A program made the translations under genes and the position numbers. Positions 40,873 to 50,913 of a stretch of 64,000 bases of DNA are shown one piece after another; within the stretch, counting starts at the first letter, position 1; each line of letters begins with the position of its first letter. Location of the stretch: positions 1-64,000 of the IMG/VR virus record IMGVR_UViG_3300016744_000005; one strand, 5' to 3'. Source of the DNA: a virus. Its lineage: Duplodnaviria; Caudoviricetes. Below the pieces are notes generated by a model. The model did no database searches. It saw only the letters and a program-made list of their open reading frames with translations, and was not told the DNA's origin.

Positions 40873-42969
40873 ATGGCTATTAAACGTAGAGATGACCTCT
40901 CCTGGGTAAGAGGTATGTTTGGTGGGATCCCACTGAACTCAAATCGGCGAAAAATCAGTACCCGTCAGAATACGGTATCTACGTTTAAGTTCGCAGATAC
41001 TACACTCGGTGGTAACCAAGCGATTAACGCTCCGTATCAATTTACCCGATTCGCTGATTTAAAATCTGAAGGCTTACTCGCAGTAAAATCCCTGCGTAGT
41101 CCATCACTGTCCACGAGCTTCTGGGAATCAGACTCCTCTGCAGGTAGTTATTGCATGGGTCGAGTCTACAGTGAAGTTATCGACGATAATGCCCAGTATT
41201 TACATTTACGTTTTGGTGTACCTAAATACACCGGGACGATAGCATTCTTTGCTAACATGTATGACGTGAATGCCGCTAAGCTCGCTAAAACGGGTAACTA
41301 TAGTAATTTCTTACGGGAAGTAGGTAAAGTCATTGGTTTGACTGCGATGTTTGTAGCAGTACCAATGCACGTGTTTTTCCCGATCCTCGCAGTATCGTGG
41401 ATACTCGGTGCAGTACTGGATATGAAACCATCCAAGTACTATTACCTGAAACCTACACCTAACTTGTACTGGCAATCAGTACAAGCGATCTTAGATACAC
41501 AGTTACTACATCACCGTTTAGTACCGATGTGGGATATGATTGGTTCTTCTAATCGGTATACTGACGTTACTGAGAAAGAGAACAAGCTGAACTCGACTAT
41601 GCGACAAGTGTATACGCTATTACCAGATATCTGGAAATCCGATGGTAAGTTTGACGTATACAAAATGATCAACCGCTACACGATCTTAGCTGGCTATCAG
41701 CAGCGTGTATTGAATGATATCTACGCCAACTCTACGGAGAAAGATTTCCAAGCGCGGTTACGTGGCTATATCCAGCAGGCTAAACATAGCCAGCAGATGA
41801 AAGATGCGGTATCGGATAAGGAGTTAAACCTAGAGGCCCTCGCTCGTAAGTATGAAAAGAATCCGTTCTATCAAACTACTGATGAAGAAGAAGCTGCTGA
41901 CTCTGCTGCTTGGCAAAAAGTGAATGATAAGTTCAACTCTGATCACGGGGTATCTGGTGATCAAGTCGCTAGTGAACAATCTCAATACGCGCAGGCCAAA
42001 TCTAATGAGCAGATTACTGCAGAGGCTAATGCCAAAGCAGAACAGACCACCGGTGGTTTCTGGAGTTCCTTTATCGGCGATGCAGCAGAGCAGTTTGTGT
42101 CTGAGTTATATGACGGCGATCAGTTCTTAACTTTCAAAGTAGACGCGAAAGAGACGATCGCTGATTCACTTACTAACTCTACTCGTGAACCTGAAATCTC
42201 TGCTAGTATGAACGGTATCTCCTCTAAAGCACGGTCATTCGATTTCTCTACCTCTAACGGGCATACCGGCTTCGATTTTGTCGATGGTTTAATCTCTGGT
42301 GTGAAAGATGTTATTGGTGGGACGATGGAAGCAGTGCATATGTCGGGACTCGCTGCGTTCTTTGGTGGTTCGATTGTCGATATCCCGGATGTATGGGATT
42401 CATCAGAGGCCTCTATAGGTACAGTGTCTTACACTATACCACTACGATGTCCATATGGTAACGACTTAAGTTTGTTCCAAGATATCATGGTACCGATATC
42501 ATGTATTATCGCAGCAGCTACTCCACTGGCTACTGGTAAACAAACTCATACCTCACCTTTCCTGGTGGAAGCGTACTCACGCGGCAGACAGATTACCCGG
42601 TTAGGGATTATCGACTCAGTCTCGATTACTCGTGGGGTAGGTAATATGGGTTGGCGTTCTGATGGTCGTATGCTAGGATGTGATGTGACTATCTCGATTA
42701 AAGATCTGTCACGGTATCTGACTATGCCGATTCTAAAAGATCCGGGTTGGTTTGATGATGCTAATAAGTACACTGACTATATGGCCACCCTCGGTGCTGC
42801 TGGTATTAATGAGTTGATCTATAACTCTTCCAAAGTGATATTGAACGTGAATAAGTGGAAACAGTCATGGAAATCATTTTTCATGTCTGGCCGTATTACG
42901 AATTCATTATCTGCTACTGGGTTATCACGCGCAGCTTCACTCTTTACTTCTGGTACTTTGTTACAGTAG
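40873..42969 (+). CDS. virion tail protein (phiKZ gp182-like)
   Basis: 698 aa; follows the gp181-like gene; TLGGNQAINAPYQFTRFAD. Confidence 0.7.
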   Translation: MAIKRRDDLSWVRGMFGGIPLNSNRRKISTRQNTVSTFKFADTTLGGNQAINAPYQFTRFADLKSEGLLAVKSLRSPSLSTSFWESDSSAGSYCMGRVYSEVIDDNAQYLHLRFGVPKYTGTIAFFANMYDVNAAKLAKTGNYSNFLREVGKVIGLTAMFVAVPMHVFFPILAVSWILGAVLDMKPSKYYYLKPTPNLYWQSVQAILDTQLLHHRLVPMWDMIGSSNRYTDVTEKENKLNSTMRQVYTLLPDIWKSDGKFDVYKMINRYTILAGYQQRVLNDIYANSTEKDFQARLRGYIQQAKHSQQMKDAVSDKELNLEALARKYEKNPFYQTTDEEEAADSAAWQKVNDKFNSDHGVSGDQVASEQSQYAQAKSNEQITAEANAKAEQTTGGFWSSFIGDAAEQFVSELYDGDQFLTFKVDAKETIADSLTNSTREPEISASMNGISSKARSFDFSTSNGHTGFDFVDGLISGVKDVIGGTMEAVHMSGLAAFFGGSIVDIPDVWDSSEASIGTVSYTIPLRCPYGNDLSLFQDIMVPISCIIAAATPLATGKQTHTSPFLVEAYSRGRQITRLGIIDSVSITRGVGNMGWRSDGRMLGCDVTISIKDLSRYLTMPILKDPGWFDDANKYTDYMATLGAAGINELIYNSSKVILNVNKWKQSWKSFFMSGRITNSLSATGLSRAASLFTSGTLLQ

Positions 42970-42973
42970 ACAC

Positions 42974-43028
42974 AAAAAAAAAACAGTACGCATGTACCCC
43001 TCGGGGTACATGCGCTGTTATGTGTTTT
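42974..43028. terminator. bidirectional terminator
   Basis: CGCATGTACCCC-TC-GGGGTACATGCG flanked by an A-tract and T-rich sequence, between convergent genes. Confidence 0.8.
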
Positions 43029-43617
43029 ACTGAGCAAAGAACTCTAACTCTTGTTGTAATCCATGTGAGAGTAGTTTACGTACTACGTCTAAGAATGGTT
43101 TACTGTAGTGGCGCTTTAATAAATCAGGGGCAATACCGCCTACTTCAGCACGGTAGTAGTTATCGCGTACATAGTCGGTATAGGTAGGGATTGAATCATA
43201 GTCTGGTATAAACCCGACTAATGCTCCACCGTTCTTATAGTGAATACGTACACCTGCTTTACCTGACGGTAACACCGCTTCCAGTGTCTGATCATTCCGC
43301 ATCGATTTGACGATCTCAGCGATATATTCAGCAGCGCGCAATACACGTAGTTCATCACGTAGTCGCGTAGTGTTTAACTGGATACGGGTAGCACGATAAT
43401 CTCTTAGATTAGTGACGGCGGACTTATTGTCTACGTGTCCTAAAGATTGTCGTAACTCAGCAGTTAGTGCATCGGCACGTGGACTACTCCAGCGTAGTGA
43501 TAAACATTGATCTATCAACTCCCGCGCAGTGTGATGACGTTCCAATACATCGAAATAACGTACGGATTGTTTTAGTGTCTTTCGATGATGGGGATTAGTT
43601 AAATGTTTGAATCCCAT
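43027..43617 (-). CDS. hypothetical protein
   Basis: 196 aa, operonic. Confidence 0.75.
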   Translation of the reverse strand: MGFKHLTNPHHRKTLKQSVRYFDVLERHHTARELIDQCLSLRWSSPRADALTAELRQSLGHVDNKSAVTNLRDYRATRIQLNTTRLRDELRVLRAAEYIAEIVKSMRNDQTLEAVLPSGKAGVRIHYKNGGALVGFIPDYDSIPTYTDYVRDNYYRAEVGGIAPDLLKRHYSKPFLDVVRKLLSHGLQQELEFFAQ

Positions 43618-43618
43618 A

Positions 43619-44158
43619 TTAAACTCCGTTAATACGCAGGTCGTTTAAGACCTCACTTAAATCGTTGTAGTGTGGTTTATGGTTGACTGTATTACCATAA
43701 ACGTAATAGTGTGTAAATGGCAGCGTAGATTCCAGAAATGTAATGACATGATTAGAGGTACGGATTTTGTATTTCAATGCCTCTATAAACCAGTCTAGTT
43801 TGATAATCGATGCTGTGTCATCAAACCATACTCCCTGTGTCATCAACTCCTGACGTAGTGTTCTACCTTGATGTTGGGCGTATTTACCATACAACTTACG
43901 CAGGTGTTCTAATTGATCGTGGTTAGCCGCTAACAATGCATCAGCTTGCGATGATTGATGTATTGCCAGTATACTTTTAATGTAGTGGTAATAACCTTCC
44001 AGTGATAAAAACTTACCATGGATAGTTTCAACTGGTGCATATGTAAAGTTAGATAAAAACTTACCTAACTCGGTTTTACCTTGCGAATAAATATTGATGT
44101 GAGTAATTCCATCGTCGGAGAGATTATAGTCGTTACCATCTATAGTAATTTTATTCAT
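43619..44158 (-). CDS. NADAR-like protein (T4 gp30.3-like)
   Basis: HINIYSQGKTELGKFLSNF...GKFLSLEGYYH: the LSNF and S(V/L)E..Y motifs. Confidence 0.65.
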   Translation of the reverse strand: MNKITIDGNDYNLSDDGITHINIYSQGKTELGKFLSNFTYAPVETIHGKFLSLEGYYHYIKSILAIHQSSQADALLAANHDQLEHLRKLYGKYAQHQGRTLRQELMTQGVWFDDTASIIKLDWFIEALKYKIRTSNHVITFLESTLPFTHYYVYGNTVNHKPHYNDLSEVLNDLRINGV

Positions 44159-45038
44159 CGTTATTATCCTTTATGCTACACAGACCATAATGGTATAATC
44201 GATCCATGTCATCGGTAAAATCTGGATTTGGTACCGGCGGTGTGATTTCAAAGGTCGGTGCGAATCTCTGTGCACGTAGATAGGTTAAACATGCCGTATA
44301 ATCCCCCTGTACGACATGCCACGGATGTTCGTGCTTAGTTGGGTAACTTAGTACTACATTAGCCACGGATTCGTCATAGGTGTGTCTCATGGCGTTTAAA
44401 GTACCAAACTCAGTTAAATCTATTAACGGACCCTGTCGACGTATTAACTGTGTTTTCGCTTTAGCCAGTATCATCGCAGATAAATCATTCTCTAACTGCA
44501 TATCTACTACGGGATCATTTACACGACGATCATCTTCCACACCTAACAGTATATGACTACCTAACTCTGTAGACATGAATTGAAGGAGGGCCTTTCGGTC
44601 CTCCTTCGTAGCTGCTACTGAGATTATCGTACTAACTGGCTCATCACCTTGGTAGAGATTACCTGATTGTAATTCCCACCCTGCCGTAACATCAGACAAA
44701 TTAACCACTAACCAACGCTGTAATAAATGCCGATGGCAGAACTCACCATGACCACAATAACAGCCGAGGATTAAATCAGTAGGCTGTAGTTTATCGAGGA
44801 TCTCAGTAAGCTTAGTTACTAGCTCTATTCGGTGTGACTCCAGCATCGCGATGTACTCCACCGTATAGTCTTCCGACGTTAGTTGCTTACGTTTATAAGC
44901 TTGGAGTAAATCCCAGGTAGGAGCTAGATAGTGTTGTGCAAATGGACCACCTGATTTACGCGTCACATCCAAGAACATGACACCTTTACCACGTGGTATT
45001 TGTTTACCCAATGATAAATGGGATGTGTGAATACGCAT
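44151..45038 (-). CDS. DUF488-family protein with a C-terminal extension
   Basis: DVTRK...LAPTWDLL...Y...LILGCYC...FCHRHLL. Confidence 0.75.
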   Translation of the reverse strand: MRIHTSHLSLGKQIPRGKGVMFLDVTRKSGGPFAQHYLAPTWDLLQAYKRKQLTSEDYTVEYIAMLESHRIELVTKLTEILDKLQPTDLILGCYCGHGEFCHRHLLQRWLVVNLSDVTAGWELQSGNLYQGDEPVSTIISVAATKEDRKALLQFMSTELGSHILLGVEDDRRVNDPVVDMQLENDLSAMILAKAKTQLIRRQGPLIDLTEFGTLNAMRHTYDESVANVVLSYPTKHEHPWHVVQGDYTACLTYLRAQRFAPTFEITPPVPNPDFTDDMDRLYHYGLCSIKDNNDE

Positions 45039-45047
45039 ATTCAGTCC

Positions 45048-45761
45048 TTATAGTTTAAAGGTAAAGCCGTTAGCAACACACCAGTCGTGCATTTCTACCG
45101 TACCGATAGGTTGTGCATCAGTGACAGGGAATTCCCACCAATTAACCGCCCCAGTATCAGCCAGATCATATTTACCTAGCAGCAATCCTACTAAGGTCTG
45201 TACTACCTGTGCATATGTGGACATATCACCGTATTGTAGAAAATCGATCTGATCATCTTCGGTAGTTTTCTTCAAACGATCAAAGGTAGTTTTATCACCT
45301 AATATCGTTAACATACGCAGCATTTTGATAATCACTGCTTGGGCATGTGCATCGTAACGTAGTGATTCTCTTACTGCAAAGCTGATCAGTTCAGTACGCA
45401 TTAACTCTTGGTTAGCACGCACTCGCTGCTGATGGATACCGATTTCTACAGTGACAGGATTCTTCAGATATTTCACCATGAAATCCATTAGTCCTGGCTG
45501 TACCACCATCTGGACTTTATCACTGACTGTGTAATCACAGTTAATATCGATCAATGCTGGCACATGATCAAAGTCGGGGTGATATTCTACAGTAAAACGT
45601 TTGCCGTCAAATACGGTTGGATAATCTGTACTATTTACTACCACAGTATCGGTACGTAGTTGATCAAAGACGATTGCAGTACCAGTAGCTTTACTACCCA
45701 TCGCTACTACTTGCATACCTTCTAAATACAATTCCAAATCATGTAATTTTAATTGCTGCAT
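45048..45761 (-). CDS. hypothetical protein
   Basis: 237 aa, operonic. Confidence 0.75.
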   Translation of the reverse strand: MQQLKLHDLELYLEGMQVVAMGSKATGTAIVFDQLRTDTVVVNSTDYPTVFDGKRFTVEYHPDFDHVPALIDINCDYTVSDKVQMVVQPGLMDFMVKYLKNPVTVEIGIHQQRVRANQELMRTELISFAVRESLRYDAHAQAVIIKMLRMLTILGDKTTFDRLKKTTEDDQIDFLQYGDMSTYAQVVQTLVGLLLGKYDLADTGAVNWWEFPVTDAQPIGTVEMHDWCVANGFTFKL

Positions 45762-45763
45762 GT

Positions 45764-46756
45764 TTATAGGTCCGTTAAGTCAGGGAAACTTTCTTTTACT
45801 ACTGCACTGAGTTGTTGTTGTCGTACTGACTCAGCTGCACCAGCAGGTATATATTTAGTTGTGTGTGTTAACACCTCTCGCATACCAGCTGTGGCTTTGA
45901 TGTAATAGCGTAGACTTATTAACTCAGTCTCTGCTGTATCATGATCCCAATTAGGACTGATCCAGTTAAAGAACGCTAAGAACTCCGCCCCGATAATGTT
46001 ATATGCCCGTGTCTCACTAGCGCCGATTTGGTACGAAGCTACAAAGCTACCAATGATATCGTCCATGATCGCGTAGGTACGATCGTGACCCATCTTTTCA
46101 CACAATGATTTACAGCTAGTGAAATTACCATTCTTGGCAGCACGAATAGCCAACTCCTCTAACATCTCATTGAGATCATCGGAGTCTTGCATCTTCTTAA
46201 TGATATCGTCTACTAGGTCAACTAATCCCCAGTCAGTCGCTAACCCTAAGAAGTACCGTAAGCCTGCTGCTTCTGCATCTAAGTCAAATAGGGATAATAC
46301 ACCACTATCCCCAGCTAATGCATTTAAGACCCCTACGATCCCACTGGCGTTATCACTCTCATAACCTTTGATGGCGGACTCTATGCCGTTATACGCGACT
46401 TTGAGTCCTTTCATCCCAGTCATATCTTCTAACCCTTTAAACAGATCGTTTTTCGTACTGTTTGAAAGGTCACTAAGAGTGCCAGGGATGTTTAAGGATT
46501 TCTCGAGTCGGCGTTTTAACACCGACATATCGAGTTTATTACCAGTAGAGGTAGATTTGATCGCATCTTTCAATGCATCGGTAATCGTCTTTGGACTGAC
46601 GTTAGCGTCCGTTAAATACGACGTGGCGCTATCTAGCTCCACAGGATTTTCTTTATACGTGTTGGCTGCCGTTAGGACATCCTCACGATAGACATCTTTA
46701 GTTACCAGTGTGTCTTTCGGCCCACTGGTGTAGATGCCCGGTGTGATCATAGACAT
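45764..46756 (-). CDS. hypothetical protein, possibly virion-associated
   Basis: 330 aa, operonic. Confidence 0.7.
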   Translation of the reverse strand: MSMITPGIYTSGPKDTLVTKDVYREDVLTAANTYKENPVELDSATSYLTDANVSPKTITDALKDAIKSTSTGNKLDMSVLKRRLEKSLNIPGTLSDLSNSTKNDLFKGLEDMTGMKGLKVAYNGIESAIKGYESDNASGIVGVLNALAGDSGVLSLFDLDAEAAGLRYFLGLATDWGLVDLVDDIIKKMQDSDDLNEMLEELAIRAAKNGNFTSCKSLCEKMGHDRTYAIMDDIIGSFVASYQIGASETRAYNIIGAEFLAFFNWISPNWDHDTAETELISLRYYIKATAGMREVLTHTTKYIPAGAAESVRQQQLSAVVKESFPDLTDL

Positions 46757-47199
46757 TATTCATCACCCTCATCCAATATATTCAAACGCTGGTCATCCAT
46801 ATCAGCAGGTAACGAGGAGTCTTCAGTAGGTAGCTCTGTCAGCAGTGATTCAGCTGCCACAGTACGCTGTACCATATTAGGTCCTTGCCAGACGTCGATG
46901 GTGACACGGATACGCCGGATATCTACTGCTTTCAATCCCCGCAAAAACTGCAACCACGATGGATTACGTCCTGTCAGTGCACTGACAAGGTTGTTCCGAC
47001 ATTCGTTACGTCGGTTCGAAGTTTGTTCTGGGACGTTCAATGGATCTCTAACGTATTTATCAAACGTGTGATTCCAGCGAGCGTAGGTAAAGTTATACTG
47101 CGAGACGATCCCCCAGAACAACTTCCCTAACATCCCTTCTGATTTCTTCGCCTGTGCGATTGGATCTTCCAATGCGATTTGAATTTTCTTTTTGCTCAT
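46756..47199 (-). CDS. hypothetical protein (start revised to MSKKKI)
   Basis: GAGG SD before the ATG at 47199. Confidence 0.7.
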   Translation of the reverse strand: MSKKKIQIALEDPIAQAKKSEGMLGKLFWGIVSQYNFTYARWNHTFDKYVRDPLNVPEQTSNRRNECRNNLVSALTGRNPSWLQFLRGLKAVDIRRIRVTIDVWQGPNMVQRTVAAESLLTELPTEDSSLPADMDDQRLNILDEGDE

Positions 47200-47229
47200 A
47201 TATACCTCGATACTCAACAGTACCTGAAG

Positions 47230-47747
47230 TTATAATACGTTTATCAAACTGTCCAATGCGAAATTGATAGACTGATAAACCCGTTTTGGTTTGGTGATGT
47301 AGTATTCCGTAAAATCACGATTATAGTCAGCATTTAAATGTAATAAGATTTGATTTAATACGCACTCGAGTTCACGCACTAATATATCCAAATCCTGGTA
47401 CATTTCATTTTCATCTACTAACCACTCATCTAAACACCATTTACGACTCGTAGCCCGCATCCATTCGGGATAAGTCTCGTAGTATTTCTGATGACGATCT
47501 GTAGACGTGACCGCACTCGCAATCAAACGTAATTCTATTAACAGTAACCCAAAACTACTGGCCGAGGAGTTTACTTTTAAGCGTAAACGTTCCTGGGCAG
47601 TCAGTGTTCTTTCGAATCCTTGATAGCTGCCACTAACCCTAACATCGTGTCCAGGTCAGTCACTATCGGCATTCTATGAGTATCTGTGGCATTTGCATCA
47701 TCAACCGATTGCCATTTGTATAATATATTTCTAAACCAGTTTAGCAT
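47230..47747 (-). CDS. hypothetical ~172-aa protein apparently split by a -1 frameshift near 47620
   Basis: Frame MLNWFRN...AAIK stops at 47601. The -1 frame is open from ~47655 through GFERTLTAQERL... into ORF 47230-47526 with no ATG of its own. Confidence 0.5.
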
Positions 47748-47760
47748 AAAGGTGTCCTCT

Positions 47761-48201
47761 ATGACTACTAAAGCATTCCAAGATATGAACGCAGACGAGC
47801 GCATTGAGCTCACTCAACGCCTACGTCATGACGTGATTACCAAACTCACCACTGATGAAGCTGGTGCAGTAGCAATTCCCCTAGACAAAGATTCCCTGTA
47901 TTTAATCCGTGACTTTTTAGGTGATACCACCAAAATCGAATTGAACAAGAAACGCTTCGATTTGGATACCATGGTAGCTGAGAACGACGCTAAAGCAGCT
48001 GAGCTCCTCGAAACCGTAGTTAGCCAATTCACCTCACCTACTCGTGGTGGTCAGCGTACCGGTAGTGTCCCTAAACCAGACTTATCAATGATGCCTTCGT
48101 TTGAAGTATCTGACGGTGAGAAATCTGATGTTGGCGATACCGTGGATATCGACCAGATTAATGATACAGGGCGTACCCACTTTAAAGGTCCAACTCCTTA
48201 G
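47761..48201 (+). CDS. hypothetical protein (start MTTKAF)
   Basis: 146 aa; AAGGTG SD. Confidence 0.7.
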   Translation: MTTKAFQDMNADERIELTQRLRHDVITKLTTDEAGAVAIPLDKDSLYLIRDFLGDTTKIELNKKRFDLDTMVAENDAKAAELLETVVSQFTSPTRGGQRTGSVPKPDLSMMPSFEVSDGEKSDVGDTVDIDQINDTGRTHFKGPTP

Positions 48202-48895
48202 GGTCCAGCATACAGAACAGTTGCACGTCTAACGCTTCCATAGTGATAAAGGGTGCCATCGTCGCTTTGGCTGTAGTGAATGGATTGGATTTCTCGCGAA
48301 TAGCTTTGTCGATTAACTCTGGGTCTTCTGTATGGATGACCGCTGGATAATTAAACACTACCCGAGCTATTGGATGTTCACCTACTTCTGGATGTACTGT
48401 TAACCACCCAATTAAGTCCCGCGTAAATACCACCTCGTAGCTCTCTTTGATGAGCTGCGGGGTAAGGTCCTGTGTGCTTATTTCAGTAACAGAGACTTTG
48501 ACGCTATCTAAGAGTAATTCCCGTAGTACCGTCACCATCTCACGCTGAACCTCCTCAGAGAGATTATACGGGTAGGTATTGAGGATTAACTCTACTGGTT
48601 CAAACACTGGCGTAGTAACACCACGCATCGCTGCTACACCAACCACTTCCCGGATATTTACCATCAGTTCAGTAGAGACCGCATCATAGAGAATCGTCTC
48701 ATTCCGCCCCTGATATTTCTCCAACCACTCCTCTTTTGGTATATCCCACCGTTTCCAAAAGAAGTCATCCTTCCGTTTACGATAATCACCGATATCTTCT
48801 ACCGCGAACTTCTCTGGCCAATGTTGGGCTAATACTGCCATTGGTGTATCGATCAAACAATCTAACTCAACGAGAATTCTCTGCTTTACGGACAT
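48182..48895 (-). CDS. hypothetical protein, HAD-like N-terminus
   Basis: ILVELDCLIDT resembles a degenerate DxD motif. Confidence 0.6.
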   Translation of the reverse strand: MSVKQRILVELDCLIDTPMAVLAQHWPEKFAVEDIGDYRKRKDDFFWKRWDIPKEEWLEKYQGRNETILYDAVSTELMVNIREVVGVAAMRGVTTPVFEPVELILNTYPYNLSEEVQREMVTVLRELLLDSVKVSVTEISTQDLTPQLIKESYEVVFTRDLIGWLTVHPEVGEHPIARVVFNYPAVIHTEDPELIDKAIREKSNPFTTAKATMAPFITMEALDVQLFCMLDPKELDL

Positions 48896-49358
48896 TTAAG
48901 ATCACCTGTTCGTTAAATTGTACCACAACATCATACATTAGAAAGAATAACATCACTAATGGTGTATGTAGTGCTTGTGGATCAGCACGCTCTTTTATCC
49001 CTACTGGGATTTTTGGATCTTCCAGATAGCGTGTTACTGCAGTACACATCAATGTGACTAAATGATCATAGCCATTAGTCTCTAAGCCATCCATGTGCGT
49101 AGATAGTCCTACTACATAATCAAATAGCCAGAGGTTAATAAACTCTTCCAGTGCTAAATCTTCATCCATGATAGACTCAGCGATCTGGTCGTGGATATTC
49201 GCCATCAGTAATGTCAAAGGTTTATAGCAGAATCTACTAGAGAACATCTGATATAAACTAGCACCCTGTTTGGCACCTTCTTCAGTTAAACGCAGTCGAT
49301 CTACATCAGTAGTTAGACGTTTAAACAAATACGAATGTGCTTCTTTACGTAGATCCAT
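48867..49358 (-). CDS. hypothetical protein
   Basis: 163 aa, operonic. Confidence 0.7.
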   Translation of the reverse strand: MDLRKEAHSYLFKRLTTDVDRLRLTEEGAKQGASLYQMFSSRFCYKPLTLLMANIHDQIAESIMDEDLALEEFINLWLFDYVVGLSTHMDGLETNGYDHLVTLMCTAVTRYLEDPKIPVGIKERADPQALHTPLVMLFFLMYDVVVQFNEQVILNVRKAENSR

Positions 49359-49375
49359 TTTCGTTAACCCTTATT

Positions 49376-50032
49376 TTATTTTAAACTATTACCCAGGTGC
49401 ATGGCAGTAAAGATCGCCCCAGTAGTTTTAGTTGATTTAACACGTGTGTTAGCACTACCTTCAAACTCTTGACTAGAGTGCCCAGTCTGACGAATCTGTC
49501 GGTCTACTACTTGAGCTGCTTTAGTATCACCACCACGAGTACGCATTAACTCTTTTAACGTCGCATCATACCCTTTCGCAAACATAACGTAGGTCTGTGG
49601 GAATGAGAAGCTACTACCCTTGGAATCACCTGTAGGTTGGCCAGTGAGTTTATCGATAGTGCGGTTGTGTTCAGCGATGGAGATCTTTTTATCGATCATC
49701 TGAGATTGTCGACGTACTGGTAACTCTAACAAGATATGCTCATACTTAGTTAATGAGCAAGCACCAGTTTTGGGATCAGTTAACCATAACTGCTGATAGA
49801 AATCATACCCTAACTCTTTACCGATAGCTACGTTCCGACTAGAGTCGATATCTACTGGTGAATTGTTAGGCGCATAAATCATTATCCGCTTTTCTATATG
49901 TTTAACCAGATCGGCATCACTAAGTGTTTTAAATATCTCTTGATACATCTTAGTATTCAGACCAGATGGATCGATCTTACCGACATACTGTAAAATGATA
50001 CCTTCGATCTCTTTACGTTGTTGAGGGGTCAT
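49376..50032 (-). CDS. virion RNAP beta C-terminal subunit (phiKZ gp149-like)
   Basis: LPVRRQSQMIDKK...LTGQPTGDSKGSSFSFP...TLKELMRTRGGD parallels the RpoB C-terminus (QQP..G...TLQE.LT.KSDD). Confidence 0.85.
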   Translation of the reverse strand: MTPQQRKEIEGIILQYVGKIDPSGLNTKMYQEIFKTLSDADLVKHIEKRIMIYAPNNSPVDIDSSRNVAIGKELGYDFYQQLWLTDPKTGACSLTKYEHILLELPVRRQSQMIDKKISIAEHNRTIDKLTGQPTGDSKGSSFSFPQTYVMFAKGYDATLKELMRTRGGDTKAAQVVDRQIRQTGHSSQEFEGSANTRVKSTKTTGAIFTAMHLGNSLK

Positions 50033-50535
50033 GGTTTTGGTCCTATATATCTTCGAGTGACGAATCGGCCGTTTTGACGGGCGAGTTGATACATAGAATC
50101 TGAAAACTTAGATCCCGGTTGATTCAATAAGATCACTACATGCGCTTTTTCCACTAAGGCTAGATTACGTGCTTTTAAACTTAAGGCACCGTAGTCACCA
50201 TCAGTCTCATCTTGATTACAACTCATTACTACGCATTCAATTTTACTATTGCGGGCATAGCGCTGTACAACCGACTCTACCCCAGGTAGATTACCTGTTA
50301 AGATACGGAAGTTATCTCGTAGTTCAAAATAGCGTAAGATCGCTGATAAGTGCCGTGAGATCTGATGTGCGTTAGTACAGGTTTTATCTCCAGAGATTAA
50401 GATATTAACTTTATCCTTAGACTCCTCTGGAATATCCTGTAAGAACTGTCGAGCAGACTCTTCGATGGAGTGGCCAAACATTACCCCACTATCTAATGCA
50501 GTTTCGAGTTTCTCAAATATCATATTGGCCATCAT
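50029..50535 (-). CDS. YspA/SLOG-family protein (start revised)
   Basis: ILISGD...LTG..PGVE...A...ARN..LVEKAHVVI....GSK pattern; AAGGAG SD. Confidence 0.7.
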   Translation of the reverse strand: MMANMIFEKLETALDSGVMFGHSIEESARQFLQDIPEESKDKVNILISGDKTCTNAHQISRHLSAILRYFELRDNFRILTGNLPGVESVVQRYARNSKIECVVMSCNQDETDGDYGALSLKARNLALVEKAHVVILLNQPGSKFSDSMYQLARQNGRFVTRRYIGPKP

Positions 50536-50542
50536 AAACTCC

Positions 50543-50866
50543 TTAACTGCGGTAAATATCCCACGCCACTGGCGCGAACTCCCGCTCGATGTCACTAATC
50601 CAAAACCGTAGGTACTCTTCACTATCTACACAGTCCAATACCTGTCTAGCCCGTGTGATATCACCTTGGTAGTTTTTCAGCCGTACTTGTTGTAATAACC
50701 AGCTATTCAAACGACTATTAATCTGAGTAACTATAGTATCCCAATGCAGTCTATTATCCATACGGTTAACTGATAGATTAACTTCCTGGAAAATGTCCGT
50801 GGTAAATTCTGATCCGTAACGATCAAATACCCTTCTTAATCTGTTGATACAATTAATCACGTCCAT
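50543..50866 (-). CDS. hypothetical protein
   Basis: 107 aa; AGGAG SD. Confidence 0.7.
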   Translation of the reverse strand: MDVINCINRLRRVFDRYGSEFTTDIFQEVNLSVNRMDNRLHWDTIVTQINSRLNSWLLQQVRLKNYQGDITRARQVLDCVDSEEYLRFWISDIEREFAPVAWDIYRS

Positions 50867-50913
50867 ATAAGACTCCTAGAGCAGTGTGGCGAACCACACT
50901 GCCTGTAATATAT

